In this document: positions 29,817 through 39,782 of the stretch, piece by piece
Position numbering within the stretch: position 1 is the first letter of the stretch
Layout: each line of letters starts with the position of its first letter
Assembly (NCBI GenBank): GCA_963832745.1
Contig: CAWHVC010000001.1
Location: forward strand, 576,001 to 640,000
Origin: Candidatus Bathyarchaeota archaeon
GTDB lineage: Archaea > Thermoproteota > Bathyarchaeia > Bathyarchaeales > Bathycorpusculaceae
Direction: 5' to 3'
DNA length: 64,000 nt
The notes under the pieces: generated by a model
The model's input: the letters and a program-made list of their open reading frames with translations, nothing else
Told to the model about the DNA's origin: nothing
The model's database searches: none
Translations under genes and position numbers: made by a program

Positions 29817-30821
29817 TTAAAGGGCTAACTGCTTTTTTATTTCCTCAACTTCTTTTAAACTCAATTCTTTAGGAAAATTGTACAATGGGCCACTAGGTTT
29901 TTCGTTATAAAACGGTCTATTGCAGTCTTTGCACCCGGAAGTCTGAAAAGGAACGCCACTGGCAACGGTTTCTTGTAAAACAGCCATATCAACGCCGAAA
30001 CCCAATATTTTTCCGGCTCCATCAAAAATCATACGCTCCAAAAAAGTTTTCTTATTTACAAGTAGGTACCGTGCAAGTTGCACTCGCCGATAAGACTCAA
30101 GACATGGCGGAGGATGCGTCTCTAAAGCGGTACCACGCACTGGGGTAAACGCAAACAAAGCAGGCAAAACACCCATAGCCACGCACTGTTGAATCAAACC
30201 TGCTGCTTCTTTTTCGGTTTCCCCAAGCCCAACAATCAAATGAGTACTTACGTTGCCCACCCCAAAAACCCTCAAAGCCTCTTCAAGCAGACAAAACTGA
30301 CTCGTCCAACTGTAAATACGCCCCTCGGCGCCCTTGACTCTGTTGAAGATTGCTTCGGTTGCAGCATCTAAAGCTATTGCGATGCGGTTAACACCAGCGT
30401 TTTTAAGAAACAGAATGTTTTGGCTGTTGAGTGGTTGACATGAAACAGAAACTGGAATACCTGTAGGCCTTTTAATTTCTTTAACTAAGGCTTCAAGATG
30501 CAAAAACACGTTCGGATAATTTAAGGCTTGTATGCAAACGCGTTTGATTTTTCCGTTATTAACAGCGGCATTTAATGCTTCAATTAGTTGGACAGTTGGG
30601 AAGTTGGGCCAAGTGACTCTTGAAAGCATCTGCGTACTGCTTTTGCTGCCTTTGGCTTGTGGGCAGAAACCACAGTTAGCGGTGCATTTACCTTCTTTGT
30701 AGGTCATCAAATAGGCTGTTGTGGGGGCTGCGTCTAATTTGCCCTTCAGCAAGCCTAAAACAATGGCGGTGCCTAATGAAACACGGGTTTGAAGCGGCAA
30801 GTTTAGGCTGGGTTGATTCAA
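29817..30821 (-). CDS. lipS2: Radical SAM protein, archaeal lipoyl synthase LipS2-like
   Basis: CTANCGFC; LSRVTWP; C-terminal TSGCKDCNRP matches the LipS2 TxGCxxC(N/D)RP motif. Confidence 0.7.
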   Translation of the reverse strand: MNQPSLNLPLQTRVSLGTAIVLGLLKGKLDAAPTTAYLMTYKEGKCTANCGFCPQAKGSKSSTQMLSRVTWPNFPTVQLIEALNAAVNNGKIKRVCIQALNYPNVFLHLEALVKEIKRPTGIPVSVSCQPLNSQNILFLKNAGVNRIAIALDAATEAIFNRVKGAEGRIYSWTSQFCLLEEALRVFGVGNVSTHLIVGLGETEKEAAGLIQQCVAMGVLPALFAFTPVRGTALETHPPPCLESYRRVQLARYLLVNKKTFLERMIFDGAGKILGFGVDMAVLQETVASGVPFQTSGCKDCNRPFYNEKPSGPLYNFPKELSLKEVEEIKKQLAL

Positions 30822-30854
30822 GTTTGCACCTTTAAAATGAATTATGACTGGGGT

Positions 30855-31424
30855 TTATGGCTTTTTAGTTACATTGTTTGTGTTTGCTGGTTGCATTTTT
30901 GTTTGGGCGACAATGAAAACCTTTTTTGTTATACCTGCGAGACCAAGCATACGGGTAATAAAGGACGTTACAGTGAACGCGAATACGCCCCCTTGAACAA
31001 TTATGAAAACCAACGCGGTGGGCGAAAGCAGAGTTAAAACTATACCGATGTAAAGCACGCTGCCAATGTATTTTCCCAACGGGTCATAAAGCCGCTTGCC
31101 AAAATAGCCTGAAACGGCAAACTGTGCAAAGGAACCAACAATCAACAACAACAGCCAAACTGGGTAGTAACCGTTTAGAGCAAAAACTGAAAAAATCCCC
31201 AAGACCAAGATGAAGTCTGTTACTGCATCAAAATAGGCACCCATTTTTGAGGCTACGTTTAGTTTTCTGGCGATGAAGCCGTCAAGCAGGTCGGTGCTGG
31301 CGGCTAACGCGAAAACGAGAAGGCACAAAGAAGGAGAGCCGACGCTGTTAAAGTAAAGAAACAGGGGCAAAGCTGCAATTCTTAGCATGCTTACGCCATT
31401 GGGGATTAAAGTTTTAGGACTCAC
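30855..31424 (-). CDS. CDP-alcohol phosphatidyltransferase (PgsA-like)
   Basis: IPN..S.LR; DLLDGFIARK...SKMGAYFDAVTD. Confidence 0.88.
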   Translation of the reverse strand: MSPKTLIPNGVSMLRIAALPLFLYFNSVGSPSLCLLVFALAASTDLLDGFIARKLNVASKMGAYFDAVTDFILVLGIFSVFALNGYYPVWLLLLIVGSFAQFAVSGYFGKRLYDPLGKYIGSVLYIGIVLTLLSPTALVFIIVQGGVFAFTVTSFITRMLGLAGITKKVFIVAQTKMQPANTNNVTKKP

Positions 31425-31437
31425 AGGTTTTGCCTTC

Positions 31438-31980
31438 TTATGGATGTATGCTGCTTGCTTGCTGTGTTAACTCGGTCATGTTGCGGTTGCTTCGGAACAG
31501 AGTTAATGACTGGATTACTTGGCCATGTGCATCTTGTACGATTTTGTTCATTGCTACGGATGCGTTTAGTGGGTCTAACCCGCCGCCGACTGTGACTATG
31601 GTTGTGTTTACGCCGTTGAGGTCTCCGACGCGGTAAAGGTAGTTGGTTAGGGTTGGTGCAGGGTTGAAGTCATATATTGGCCAGCAAAGTACCAGCAGTT
31701 GATACTTTGACAGGTTACAGGGGGCTTCTTTGCTTGCAGTTGTTAATTCTACTTGCCAACCGTTTGATACCAAACCATCGGCGTAGGCTGAAGCAACATC
31801 TTTAGTGAAGCTGGTCAAGCCTGGATGATATATTACTAATGCTATTTTCTGGCCTGAAGAGTTTAAGGTTTTTGTATAAGTAACTTCACGATACACGCTG
31901 TATTCAAGATAAACGCTTAAACCGGCAAAAACTGCTAAAACAACAAGGAGGGCCAGTTAGCATGATTTTTTTCCACCTTT
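31438..31980 (-). CDS. Membrane-anchored flavodoxin-like protein, frameshift near 31952; true start unresolved
   Basis: ALVIYHPG..SFTK..A, YQLLVLCWPIY flavodoxin fold; removing one C adds the TM helix IMLTGLLVVLAVFAGLSVYL. Confidence 0.6.
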
Positions 31981-32299
31981 TGGTGGGCCAATACTTCAAG
32001 CTTTGACCCTCCTGTAGAGGCTTGTTTGGTTTGCGTTTGAGGTGTTGCTTAATTTTTCGTTTAATTGTTCCATGTGATTGTTCATTTATTTTCACCGTTA
32101 GTTTGCGACTAATTTATTCATGGAACGTTTTCAATAAAAGAGGTAACGCACCCAACGCATACACCAAAGATGTAATCTTAAGAAAACACGGAAACAAAAA
32201 AGATTAATTTTGAAAAAGCAAAGTTGTTTTTAAAACTATTTTTATAACTGCAACAACTATCTCCCCATAATAGCGTTAAAAGTGCAATGAGGAATCTCT

Positions 32300-33775
32300 G
32301 TGAATCGAAGATATGACGTGTTAGTGATAGGCGCTGGCGTGATTGGTTGCTCCATCGCAAGAGACCTATCAAAATTCAAAATCAAAACAGCGCTATTAGA
32401 GAAAGAAAGCGACGTCAGCAGTGGCGTTAGCAAAGGTAACAGTGGAGTCCTTCACACAGGTCTTTACTATCCTAAAGGAAGCTTGAAGGCTAAGTTATGT
32501 GTAGAAGGGAGACTGATGTTTCCAGAACTGGCAAAACAACTTGACGTGCCATTCAAAATCTGCGGAAAACATGTAATCGCCCGGTCAGAAGAGGAACTCA
32601 AAGACCTGGAACATTTGAAAGCGGTCGGGGAATCAAACGACATCAAAGGCTTAACTATAATCACGGGGCAAGACTTAAAAAAAAGAGAACCAAACTTGGA
32701 TGCCCTTTACGCGTTATATTCTCCCGTGGCTGGAATCATTTCGCCATATCTTTTGACTATTGCCTTAGCCGAAAACGCTCTAAACAATGGCGTTGATGTT
32801 TACATAAACACTGAAGTGACAAAAATAGAACAGTTAAACAGCGGATACCAGGTAATAACAAATCAAGGTGTCTTTTATACAGACATAATCGTAAATAGTG
32901 CAGGTCTTTGCGCAGACAAAATCTCTGAAATGATAGGTGCACATAGTTACAAGCTATATCCGTGTCGTGGAGAATATCTCGTCCTAGACAAGAATTGTCG
33001 TAATCTAATCAACAGCCCCGCCTATCCAGTACCACCAAAAATCGCAGGCGTCTTAGGTGTTCATCTTACAACTACATTGAATGGTAATATACTAATTGGA
33101 CCTAGCGAAGAATTTATCAACGAAGGAGAAGATACAAGGACAACCAAAGAAAAGATTACTCAACTAATTGAAGGCGCCAAAAATCTACTGCCCTCAATTC
33201 CTTTGAACCAAATAATCTACAGCTTTTCTGCAGTGAGACCAAAAATTACTCCGCCTGAAGAAAAAGGATCTCGTGACTTTATCATAAAAGAAGAAACTGA
33301 AAGCTTTATAAACTTAATTGGAATGGAGTCCCCTGGTCTTACCGCCTCTCCTGCCATCGCAAGATTGGTTGTTAAGATGATAAGAGAAAAAATAGATTTG
33401 ATTGAAAAAACTGATTTTAACCCCATTCGTGAAAGAAAAACTGCTTTCAATAAAGCATCTAACTTGAAAAAGGCTTCTTTGATTAACAAGAATCCTGCTT
33501 ATGGCGAAATTGTCTGTAGATGTGAACAGGTGTCTAAACAGGAAGTCTTGGAAGCATTAAACAACCCAATTTCAGAGAAAACAATTTCTGCGGTAAAATA
33601 TCGAACCAGAGCAGGTATGGGTAGATGCCAAGGTGGTTTCTGTTTACCCAAAATTGTAGAAATCCTGAAAGACCAATACGGTTTAACGCCTGAAGAGATA
33701 AAATTGAAGAACATTGATTCGCCCATGTTTATAGGGGAAACAAAAAAAATGAGGAGCCGCAAAGGCCTTGAATGA
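32300..33775 (+). CDS. FAD-dependent glycerol-3-phosphate dehydrogenase-like oxidoreductase with C-terminal BFD-like [2Fe-2S] domain
   Basis: GAGVIG, SKGNSGVLH, ESPGLTASPA, CRCE...RTRAGMGRCQGGFC. Confidence 0.85.
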   Translation: MNRRYDVLVIGAGVIGCSIARDLSKFKIKTALLEKESDVSSGVSKGNSGVLHTGLYYPKGSLKAKLCVEGRLMFPELAKQLDVPFKICGKHVIARSEEELKDLEHLKAVGESNDIKGLTIITGQDLKKREPNLDALYALYSPVAGIISPYLLTIALAENALNNGVDVYINTEVTKIEQLNSGYQVITNQGVFYTDIIVNSAGLCADKISEMIGAHSYKLYPCRGEYLVLDKNCRNLINSPAYPVPPKIAGVLGVHLTTTLNGNILIGPSEEFINEGEDTRTTKEKITQLIEGAKNLLPSIPLNQIIYSFSAVRPKITPPEEKGSRDFIIKEETESFINLIGMESPGLTASPAIARLVVKMIREKIDLIEKTDFNPIRERKTAFNKASNLKKASLINKNPAYGEIVCRCEQVSKQEVLEALNNPISEKTISAVKYRTRAGMGRCQGGFCLPKIVEILKDQYGLTPEEIKLKNIDSPMFIGETKKMRSRKGLE

Positions 33776-35021
33776 TGTGCCTTCACACGCTGTTGATTTG
33801 GTTGTAATAGGTGCTGGCCCAGCAGGGCTATCTGCAGCTATAAGTGCTAGGAAAAATGGCATTCACAGTTTAATCGTTATAGAGAGAAACAGTTGGCTAG
33901 GCGGGGTTCTTCCCCAGTGTATACATGACGGTTTTGGTCTTGAATGCTTTAAAGAACAACTAACTGGTCCAGAATATGCTCAAAGATATGTTGATGAATT
34001 ACAAAGGTTAAAAATTCCATACATGCTTGACACCATGGTGCTGGAGGTTACGCCTAAAAAAAAGGTGCTCGTTGCTAGTCCAAAGGGTCTGTTTTGTTTT
34101 AAAGCCAAATCGGTAGTTTTTGCTATGGGTTGTCGTGAGCGTACCCGAGGACAGATATGCATTCCAGGAACAAGACCAGCTGGTGTATATACAGCAGGAG
34201 TAGCCCAAAATTTGATTAACTTAAAGAATGTGATGGTAGGCCGAGAGGTTGTTATACTCGGTTCGGGAGACGTAGGTTTGATTATGGCACGTAGGCTTAC
34301 TTTAGAAGGCGCGAAAGTCCATGCTGTTGTTGAGATTCTTCCTCACACTAACGGTCTACCGCGAAACGTACAGCAATGTCTAATTGACTATGACATTCCC
34401 TTACTGCTGTCTCATACTATCACCGAAATACACGGTAAAAATAGGGTTGAAGCAGTCACAATCTCGCCCGTAGACAAGAATTTAAAACCAATCAAAGGAA
34501 AAGACCAAAAAATTACTTGTGACACGGTTCTTCTCTCAATAGGCTTAATTCCAGAAAATGACCTGTCAAAAAAATGCGGGGTTAACCTCAGCGAAGTTAC
34601 TGGTGGAGCGATTATTGATGAAAATCTTGAAACGTCTGTATCAGGGGTTTTTGCTTGTGGGAATGCCCTTCAAGTCCATGATTTGGTGGATTTTGTTACC
34701 GTTGAAGCCGATAAGGCAGGAAAAAGTGCAGCAGATTTTATCCTTGGCAAAACAAAAAAATTAGAAAGAGTATCTGTAGAGGCAGGTAACAAAATTCGAT
34801 ATGTTTTGCCGCAAAGAATCTGCCCTGGCGCTGATGTTGAGCTATCGATGCGTGTTACCGGTCCAGAAGAAGATGGTAGTATTGGGTTTTTTAATGGAAA
34901 AACCCTTGTAATGACAAAAAAGTTTCGTAAAGTTCATCCTGCTCAAATGGTTAAAATAACACTTAAAGGGCATCAAACACGTGCTATTAACTCGATAAAA
35001 GTTGAGGTTTTAACTAAATGA
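33768..35021 (+). CDS. FAD/NAD(P)-dependent pyridine nucleotide-disulfide oxidoreductase
   Basis: GAGPAG, GGVLPQCIHDGFG, LTGPEY, GSGDVGLIMARR, GNALQVHDLVD. Confidence 0.88.
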   Translation: MNDVPSHAVDLVVIGAGPAGLSAAISARKNGIHSLIVIERNSWLGGVLPQCIHDGFGLECFKEQLTGPEYAQRYVDELQRLKIPYMLDTMVLEVTPKKKVLVASPKGLFCFKAKSVVFAMGCRERTRGQICIPGTRPAGVYTAGVAQNLINLKNVMVGREVVILGSGDVGLIMARRLTLEGAKVHAVVEILPHTNGLPRNVQQCLIDYDIPLLLSHTITEIHGKNRVEAVTISPVDKNLKPIKGKDQKITCDTVLLSIGLIPENDLSKKCGVNLSEVTGGAIIDENLETSVSGVFACGNALQVHDLVDFVTVEADKAGKSAADFILGKTKKLERVSVEAGNKIRYVLPQRICPGADVELSMRVTGPEEDGSIGFFNGKTLVMTKKFRKVHPAQMVKITLKGHQTRAINSIKVEVLTK

Positions 35022-35404
35022 AAAAGGAAATAATTTGCATTTGCTGCCCTAATGGCTGCTACCTCACGGTTGATTACGCCGAAACGGCTATAAGTAGTAT
35101 TTATGGAAACCGATGTGAAGCTGGGCTGAAATATGCTGAAAAAGAGGTTTTTAGCCCTGAACGAACTCTTACAACAACAATGAAGGTCAATCATGGGCAA
35201 TTTCCGCTGGTTAGTGTAAAAACCGAAAAACCAATTCCTAAAAGCATGATTTTTGACACTATGGATTTACTCTCAAAGGCTGAATTGGAAGCGCCCATTA
35301 AAATCGGAGGAATCGTCCTTCAAAACATCTTTAATACTGGCGTAAACATTGTAGCAACAAAAAATGTTCCAAAAAATACACAGAATATAGTTAGAAACCT
35401 TTGA
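35018..35404 (+). CDS. DUF1667 family metal-binding protein
   Basis: CICCPNGC...GNRC..G..YA.KE...P.R.LTTT; third gene of the G3PDH triad. Confidence 0.85.
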   Translation: MKKEIICICCPNGCYLTVDYAETAISSIYGNRCEAGLKYAEKEVFSPERTLTTTMKVNHGQFPLVSVKTEKPIPKSMIFDTMDLLSKAELEAPIKIGGIVLQNIFNTGVNIVATKNVPKNTQNIVRNL

Positions 35405-35421
35405 GGTTAAAGGTAAAAAAA

Positions 35422-35781
35422 TTACTTGCCTACTTCTTTGTCCGGATCTTCAGGAAGAAGTTTTTCTTCGTAACCGTAAATGCGTTTCATACGGCTTTCC
35501 CAACGCCTAAAGAACCTATACTGAGAAGTCATCAAATAAATTGTGTATACCAAAAAACCAGCGAGCAGCCCCACCAAAATCAAGTCGCTAACCTCAAAAC
35601 CAAACGTCTTAGAAATACGCAAATAAACCAAAACAAAACCCACCAGCAAAATAGAACAAATTAGAATGCTGAGAACTGCGCCACGTTTGAAACGGCCCCA
35701 TTCATGATTCATTTCAGATAGGAACTCGTGCGTTGTTTTTACTGGGTATTGCGGGTTTTCTTTTTCACTCATACTTGTCAT
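35422..35781 (-). CDS. Small two-TM membrane protein
   Basis: Two hydrophobic helices, charged tails. Confidence 0.6.
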   Translation of the reverse strand: MTSMSEKENPQYPVKTTHEFLSEMNHEWGRFKRGAVLSILICSILLVGFVLVYLRISKTFGFEVSDLILVGLLAGFLVYTIYLMTSQYRFFRRWESRMKRIYGYEEKLLPEDPDKEVGK

Positions 35782-35833
35782 CTTTTTGTGCTTTTTTTCT
35801 GTTATATAGTTGATGCACCATTGGTGAATCTGG

Positions 35834-36100
35834 CTAAAGCAGTGACGGCAACGAATCCCTTAGGTTCGTGTAGATTTTTCTGCCCTCAGCAGTCAATAAG
35901 ATGTGGCCTTGCTCGTTTTCCTGAACAAACCCTTTGTCTTTTAGGTAAGTTAAATGCTTCAAGAAGTCATCGTACGAAACGTCGGTTGCTTTTCGCCAAA
36001 CGTGAGTGCGTAGCTGGTTTTTGCCGCTAAAGAAAAGGAACTCCAGTACCTCAAACCGTATTTGGACTGAACCTTTCCTTTTATCCCCCATCATGCACAC
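35834..36100 (-). CDS. Winged helix-turn-helix protein (HTH_45-like)
   Basis: IRFEVLE...RTHVWRKATDVSYDDFLKHL..L..KG...LTAEG. Confidence 0.7.
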   Translation of the reverse strand: MCMMGDKRKGSVQIRFEVLEFLFFSGKNQLRTHVWRKATDVSYDDFLKHLTYLKDKGFVQENEQGHILLTAEGRKIYTNLRDSLPSLL

Positions 36101-36171
36101 CCACAGGCTAAATGCTTGCTTGCATCCGCCAGTTGAATGCTAAACATTGATTCCGTACGTACTTAAAAAAA

Positions 36172-37464
36172 TTAGCTAAACCTAAGAAGCAACGGATGAC
36201 GTTTCCTAAAATAAATAAGCAAACTGACACAACCCAAAACTGCTAAGCCTAACACTACCACTATACAGATCTCCAGAAATCCTGCAGATTGCTCAGTCAG
36301 GGGATTTTGCCTTTGGGAGACTAAATCAGAAGGGATTGGCGTAGAAGGCAAAAGCGCTGTTGATGTTGGGTTATTTATTTGCAGGTTGTAAGGTTTCATG
36401 GCGGGGTAGTTATCTCTGCCTTCTTCCACTGTTACGGTTCGATTTTGCTGATAATCCGTGTAGGTAGTCACTAGAAAGTATGGAGTGTCGCCGATACCAT
36501 CGTTGTTGTTGTCATAGCCAGTGTAGTCGCTCCAGTAATTGCCCACTGTACCGTTAAACCAAAAGTTCACCGGTGAATTTCTGATAAACCCAACTACCGC
36601 GTTTTCACAGTTATCGATAAAGTTGTTGCCGTAAACGTAATTGTTTACCCATTCAGCCGAATTCGCGTTTATCAGAATTCCTTCATAGTTTTCTTGAAAA
36701 TTGTTGCCCACTATCTGATTGTCGGCACCTATATTGTAAAGAGCAATTCCTTTGATACGGGTAAAATTGTTGTTTACCAATTTTGAATTAAGAAAGCCAC
36801 CCCAAATGCCGTATTGCTCAGGCTGTAACGCTATACGTGGCGCTTCTTGTCCGGTTCCCACTATAAGGTTTGCTTCGATACGGATGTAACTGGGAACACT
36901 TTCTTGAGGATTGTCTGGCAAGAAATGCATTGCAGATGAAAAAGACTGATCAGTTAATGCTATGTCGTTACCAACTATGTTAACGTGCGAAGCAGAAAAC
37001 ACAACTATCCCCGTCAAGGTGTCTCTTACAATGTTATGAATAATAGTAACTTCGGAAGAGTTCGCTTCAACTGTTACCCCAGTAATGCAGCCCTTAAACG
37101 CTATGTCAGTTACTGTGACATTATTTGCACCATTAACATGAACGCCAGGAAGCCAACCAACAGGCGCCATCAAGTTTTGAGTGTTAACAGACGGCTTAGT
37201 AATGCTGAAACCGTTGCCATCCAGCACAATGTTTGAACATTGAATATCTATGGTGTTATTGACGTTTCCAGTTAACATGTAAGTGTTTCCAGCAAGGACT
37301 AACGGTGCAGTTGAGGGATTAACTTGTCCGTCACTTTGAATGATTATTGGCGGCGGCAAAGCGGGAAGAGGAGTAAAATTGGCACATGCCAAACCAGTAA
37401 ACAGTACAGTGCAAGAGAATAACAAGATAAACATTAAACTTGTCGCTAACAATTTTTTCTTCAT
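36172..37464 (-). CDS. Secreted NosD/right-handed beta-helix protein with C-terminal TM anchor
   Basis: IIQSDG...LDGNG; parallel beta-helix repeats; GNYWSDY...DGIGDTPY...DNYP. Confidence 0.8.
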   Translation of the reverse strand: MKKKLLATSLMFILLFSCTVLFTGLACANFTPLPALPPPIIIQSDGQVNPSTAPLVLAGNTYMLTGNVNNTIDIQCSNIVLDGNGFSITKPSVNTQNLMAPVGWLPGVHVNGANNVTVTDIAFKGCITGVTVEANSSEVTIIHNIVRDTLTGIVVFSASHVNIVGNDIALTDQSFSSAMHFLPDNPQESVPSYIRIEANLIVGTGQEAPRIALQPEQYGIWGGFLNSKLVNNNFTRIKGIALYNIGADNQIVGNNFQENYEGILINANSAEWVNNYVYGNNFIDNCENAVVGFIRNSPVNFWFNGTVGNYWSDYTGYDNNNDGIGDTPYFLVTTYTDYQQNRTVTVEEGRDNYPAMKPYNLQINNPTSTALLPSTPIPSDLVSQRQNPLTEQSAGFLEICIVVVLGLAVLGCVSLLIYFRKRHPLLLRFS

Positions 37465-38391
37465 CTAAGTGGTCTCCTTTGGTTTCAATTTTCTAAAAAA
37501 GAGCAAAGAACATACAGCCACAAGGGTGACAATTGAAACTAAAACCATGAACGTTTGCACCGTACCATTCAAGGAGACATCTGCAGAGGCGACTGTTCCG
37601 GTTGGAGTTGGCGATAGAATGGTAATTGCTGGATGGTCATACGGCAAGCCTTCAAAGGAGGTGTCTTGGTTAAAATTGATTAAGGGGTCGGTTAAAGGGT
37701 GATAATCTATGATTTTATCGCCTTGACTATAAGGTGTGTCCCATACGCCGGTGTCTCGGATTTCTTGTGCGTTTGGAAATCTTGTAATGTAATCGCCCCA
37801 ATAGTTTCTGTCCACCGCAGGGTCTGGCGAAAGCCAAACAGACAAACTACTTAGAATATTGTTTTCGATGATGACATTGCCACCACTAGAATAGTTGATT
37901 GAAATTCCTGTTGTGCAGTTCTTCACCGTATTTTGTAAAAGAAGATTGTTTCCGCTTCCAATTATCCAAAAACCTGTGTCACAGTTTTCGATATAGTTGC
38001 CAATGAAGGTGTTGTTGTTTGAGTTTTCACTGCTTATTGCAAAATCGCAGTTTATGATTTTTAGGTTAGTTATTGTTACATTGCGAATGCTTGGCCGTGA
38101 AGGGTCTTGCCCTACCCCGTTTCCAAGGTCTATTCCTCGTGTCGCATCTTCAACAGTGTAACCGGCACCATCGATTGTGATATAACTTTTCTGAACTTGG
38201 ATTCCACCCGAAATGTTCCCCGTCAAAGTGTAGATGTTGCCGTTGCGTTGGATATTGCTGGTTCCAGTAACTGAGCCGTCAGCTTTAATCACAATGGGTT
38301 CTGATTGTTGGGCGGTTGTAAAACTTGTTAAGCATAAAGACAACGCGATTAAGGTTGCAAGCAAAATGGTTGAGGCTGCTTTTTTAGTCAT
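37465..38391 (-). CDS. Secreted NosD/right-handed beta-helix protein with C-terminal TM anchor
   Basis: IKADGSV, IDGAGY, NYWGDY...DTPY...DYHPL. Confidence 0.8.
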   Translation of the reverse strand: MTKKAASTILLATLIALSLCLTSFTTAQQSEPIVIKADGSVTGTSNIQRNGNIYTLTGNISGGIQVQKSYITIDGAGYTVEDATRGIDLGNGVGQDPSRPSIRNVTITNLKIINCDFAISSENSNNNTFIGNYIENCDTGFWIIGSGNNLLLQNTVKNCTTGISINYSSGGNVIIENNILSSLSVWLSPDPAVDRNYWGDYITRFPNAQEIRDTGVWDTPYSQGDKIIDYHPLTDPLINFNQDTSFEGLPYDHPAITILSPTPTGTVASADVSLNGTVQTFMVLVSIVTLVAVCSLLFFRKLKPKETT

Positions 38392-38432
38392 GACTTACCC
38401 CAAAAACCATTGGCGAAAAGTGGTTATAATGG

Positions 38433-38457
38433 GTTTTCGTCAAGAAAGTTTGACTAA
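38433..38457 (-). promoter_or_regulatory. Palindromic operator (GTCAA-N6-TTGAC) overlapping BRE, copy 1
   Basis: GTTTTCGTCAAGAAAGTTTGACTAA next to TTATAA (38423-38428), upstream of the gene starting at 38391. Confidence 0.6.
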
Positions 38458-38504
38458 CCGTTTCTAAGGTTAACTTGAACTTGTTTGACTAACCAGAAGG
38501 GGTT

Positions 38505-39506
38505 TCAAGTAAAAACTGGCGTGTTTGGGTACAGTTGCGCATACGCCTGATGATGCACAAATGCCACTTCTCCACTGCCAGCCCAAATGGAAACCAAAAG
38601 TTCAGTGACACTACCAGGATATGTCCCGTTAAGAGGCAAAGTTACGGACCAAGCAGGAAACAAAACGTTACCCTCCACAATTTGCGGCATCAAAACGGCG
38701 GTGCACCGATTTTCAAGTACATCAAACTCGTCAACAACCCAGTCGTCAGACATTCTGTAAGAATAGCTTTGAATAGCATTAAGGGCGATAACTACGGCTT
38801 GTTCCTTTGAAATATTCACATTGGTGTCGCCTATTGAATAGACTTGCCGATCATCTCCAATCATGGAAAAAAATCCATCCTTAAAACCCATCACTACATA
38901 TCGGTAATCACAACCGTTAAAGGACTGCATCCAACGGAACTGCACAGAATCGCCAAAAGCAGTGCCAGTTAAATCTGCATGTTTAACTTCCAGCTTAAGA
39001 TTGCCTGACATCAAAGTCGCGTTTTCGGCTGGGTTAATATCACGCAGCAGATCAAAAAGCAAAGTTGAGTTCAACCCAGAGAATTCTTGATATTTCTGCA
39101 AAAAGGTCACAGCGGTTTCGGTGATGTTGCTGTACTGAGAGTCACTAATTATGTAGCCTCTCTTATTATCCAATGCAACATAAGTTAAAACGCCGTTCCG
39201 TATTTCACAGATAACATTTAACGTATTATTTTCGGACTTTAAAGAGTAAGTTAAAAGTTCGTTTTCGTTGGCTGCAATTGAGCCATTGGATGAAGAAAGC
39301 GGTTTACCAGAATTTTCAAGACTGATGTTATATCGTGAAGTATCAATAGGCAACACGTTTTCTATGAAGTCTAAAGCAATTTTTTGGCCAACTGAAACAG
39401 CCGAGTCTTTTGACTCTGCAAACGGCAATTGTTGAACCACGACAACTGTTCCAGTAATAATACCAAGAACAGCGAACGCCAAGAGCACAACGTAAAAACG
39501 CTTCAT
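38505..39506 (-). CDS. Membrane-anchored secreted protein (PepSY/YcdB-like C-terminal motif)
   Basis: N-terminal TM; ISKEQAVVIA...PAWSV...SIWAGSGEV. Confidence 0.6.
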   Translation of the reverse strand: MKRFYVVLLAFAVLGIITGTVVVVQQLPFAESKDSAVSVGQKIALDFIENVLPIDTSRYNISLENSGKPLSSSNGSIAANENELLTYSLKSENNTLNVICEIRNGVLTYVALDNKRGYIISDSQYSNITETAVTFLQKYQEFSGLNSTLLFDLLRDINPAENATLMSGNLKLEVKHADLTGTAFGDSVQFRWMQSFNGCDYRYVVMGFKDGFFSMIGDDRQVYSIGDTNVNISKEQAVVIALNAIQSYSYRMSDDWVVDEFDVLENRCTAVLMPQIVEGNVLFPAWSVTLPLNGTYPGSVTELLVSIWAGSGEVAFVHHQAYAQLYPNTPVFT

Positions 39507-39549
39507 CAGGCTTCCCTATAGGGCAGAACTATTTTTTTGAAATAAAACC

Positions 39550-39574
39550 GTTTTCGTCAAGAAACTTTGACTAA
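39550..39574 (-). promoter_or_regulatory. Palindromic operator, copy 2
   Basis: GTTTTCGTCAAGAAACTTTGACTAA (24/25 identical to copy 1), upstream of the gene starting at 39506. Confidence 0.6.
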
Positions 39575-39782
39575 AGCAGTAAACAGCACCCTTTGGCGTA
39601 TATTTGCAACCTATTAGGCTCCAAATAACAGTTCTATGCAAAAACCTATAGAGGATAGGTCAAAACTGGGGAGTACGCTCTACCTGTGTTTTTCGGCCAT
39701 CAAAATTGCAAAACACTAAGGGGTAGTTGCTAATGCTGTAGAAGCCAGCTAAAAGCATGTTGAAATCTTATCAGAGCCAAAA

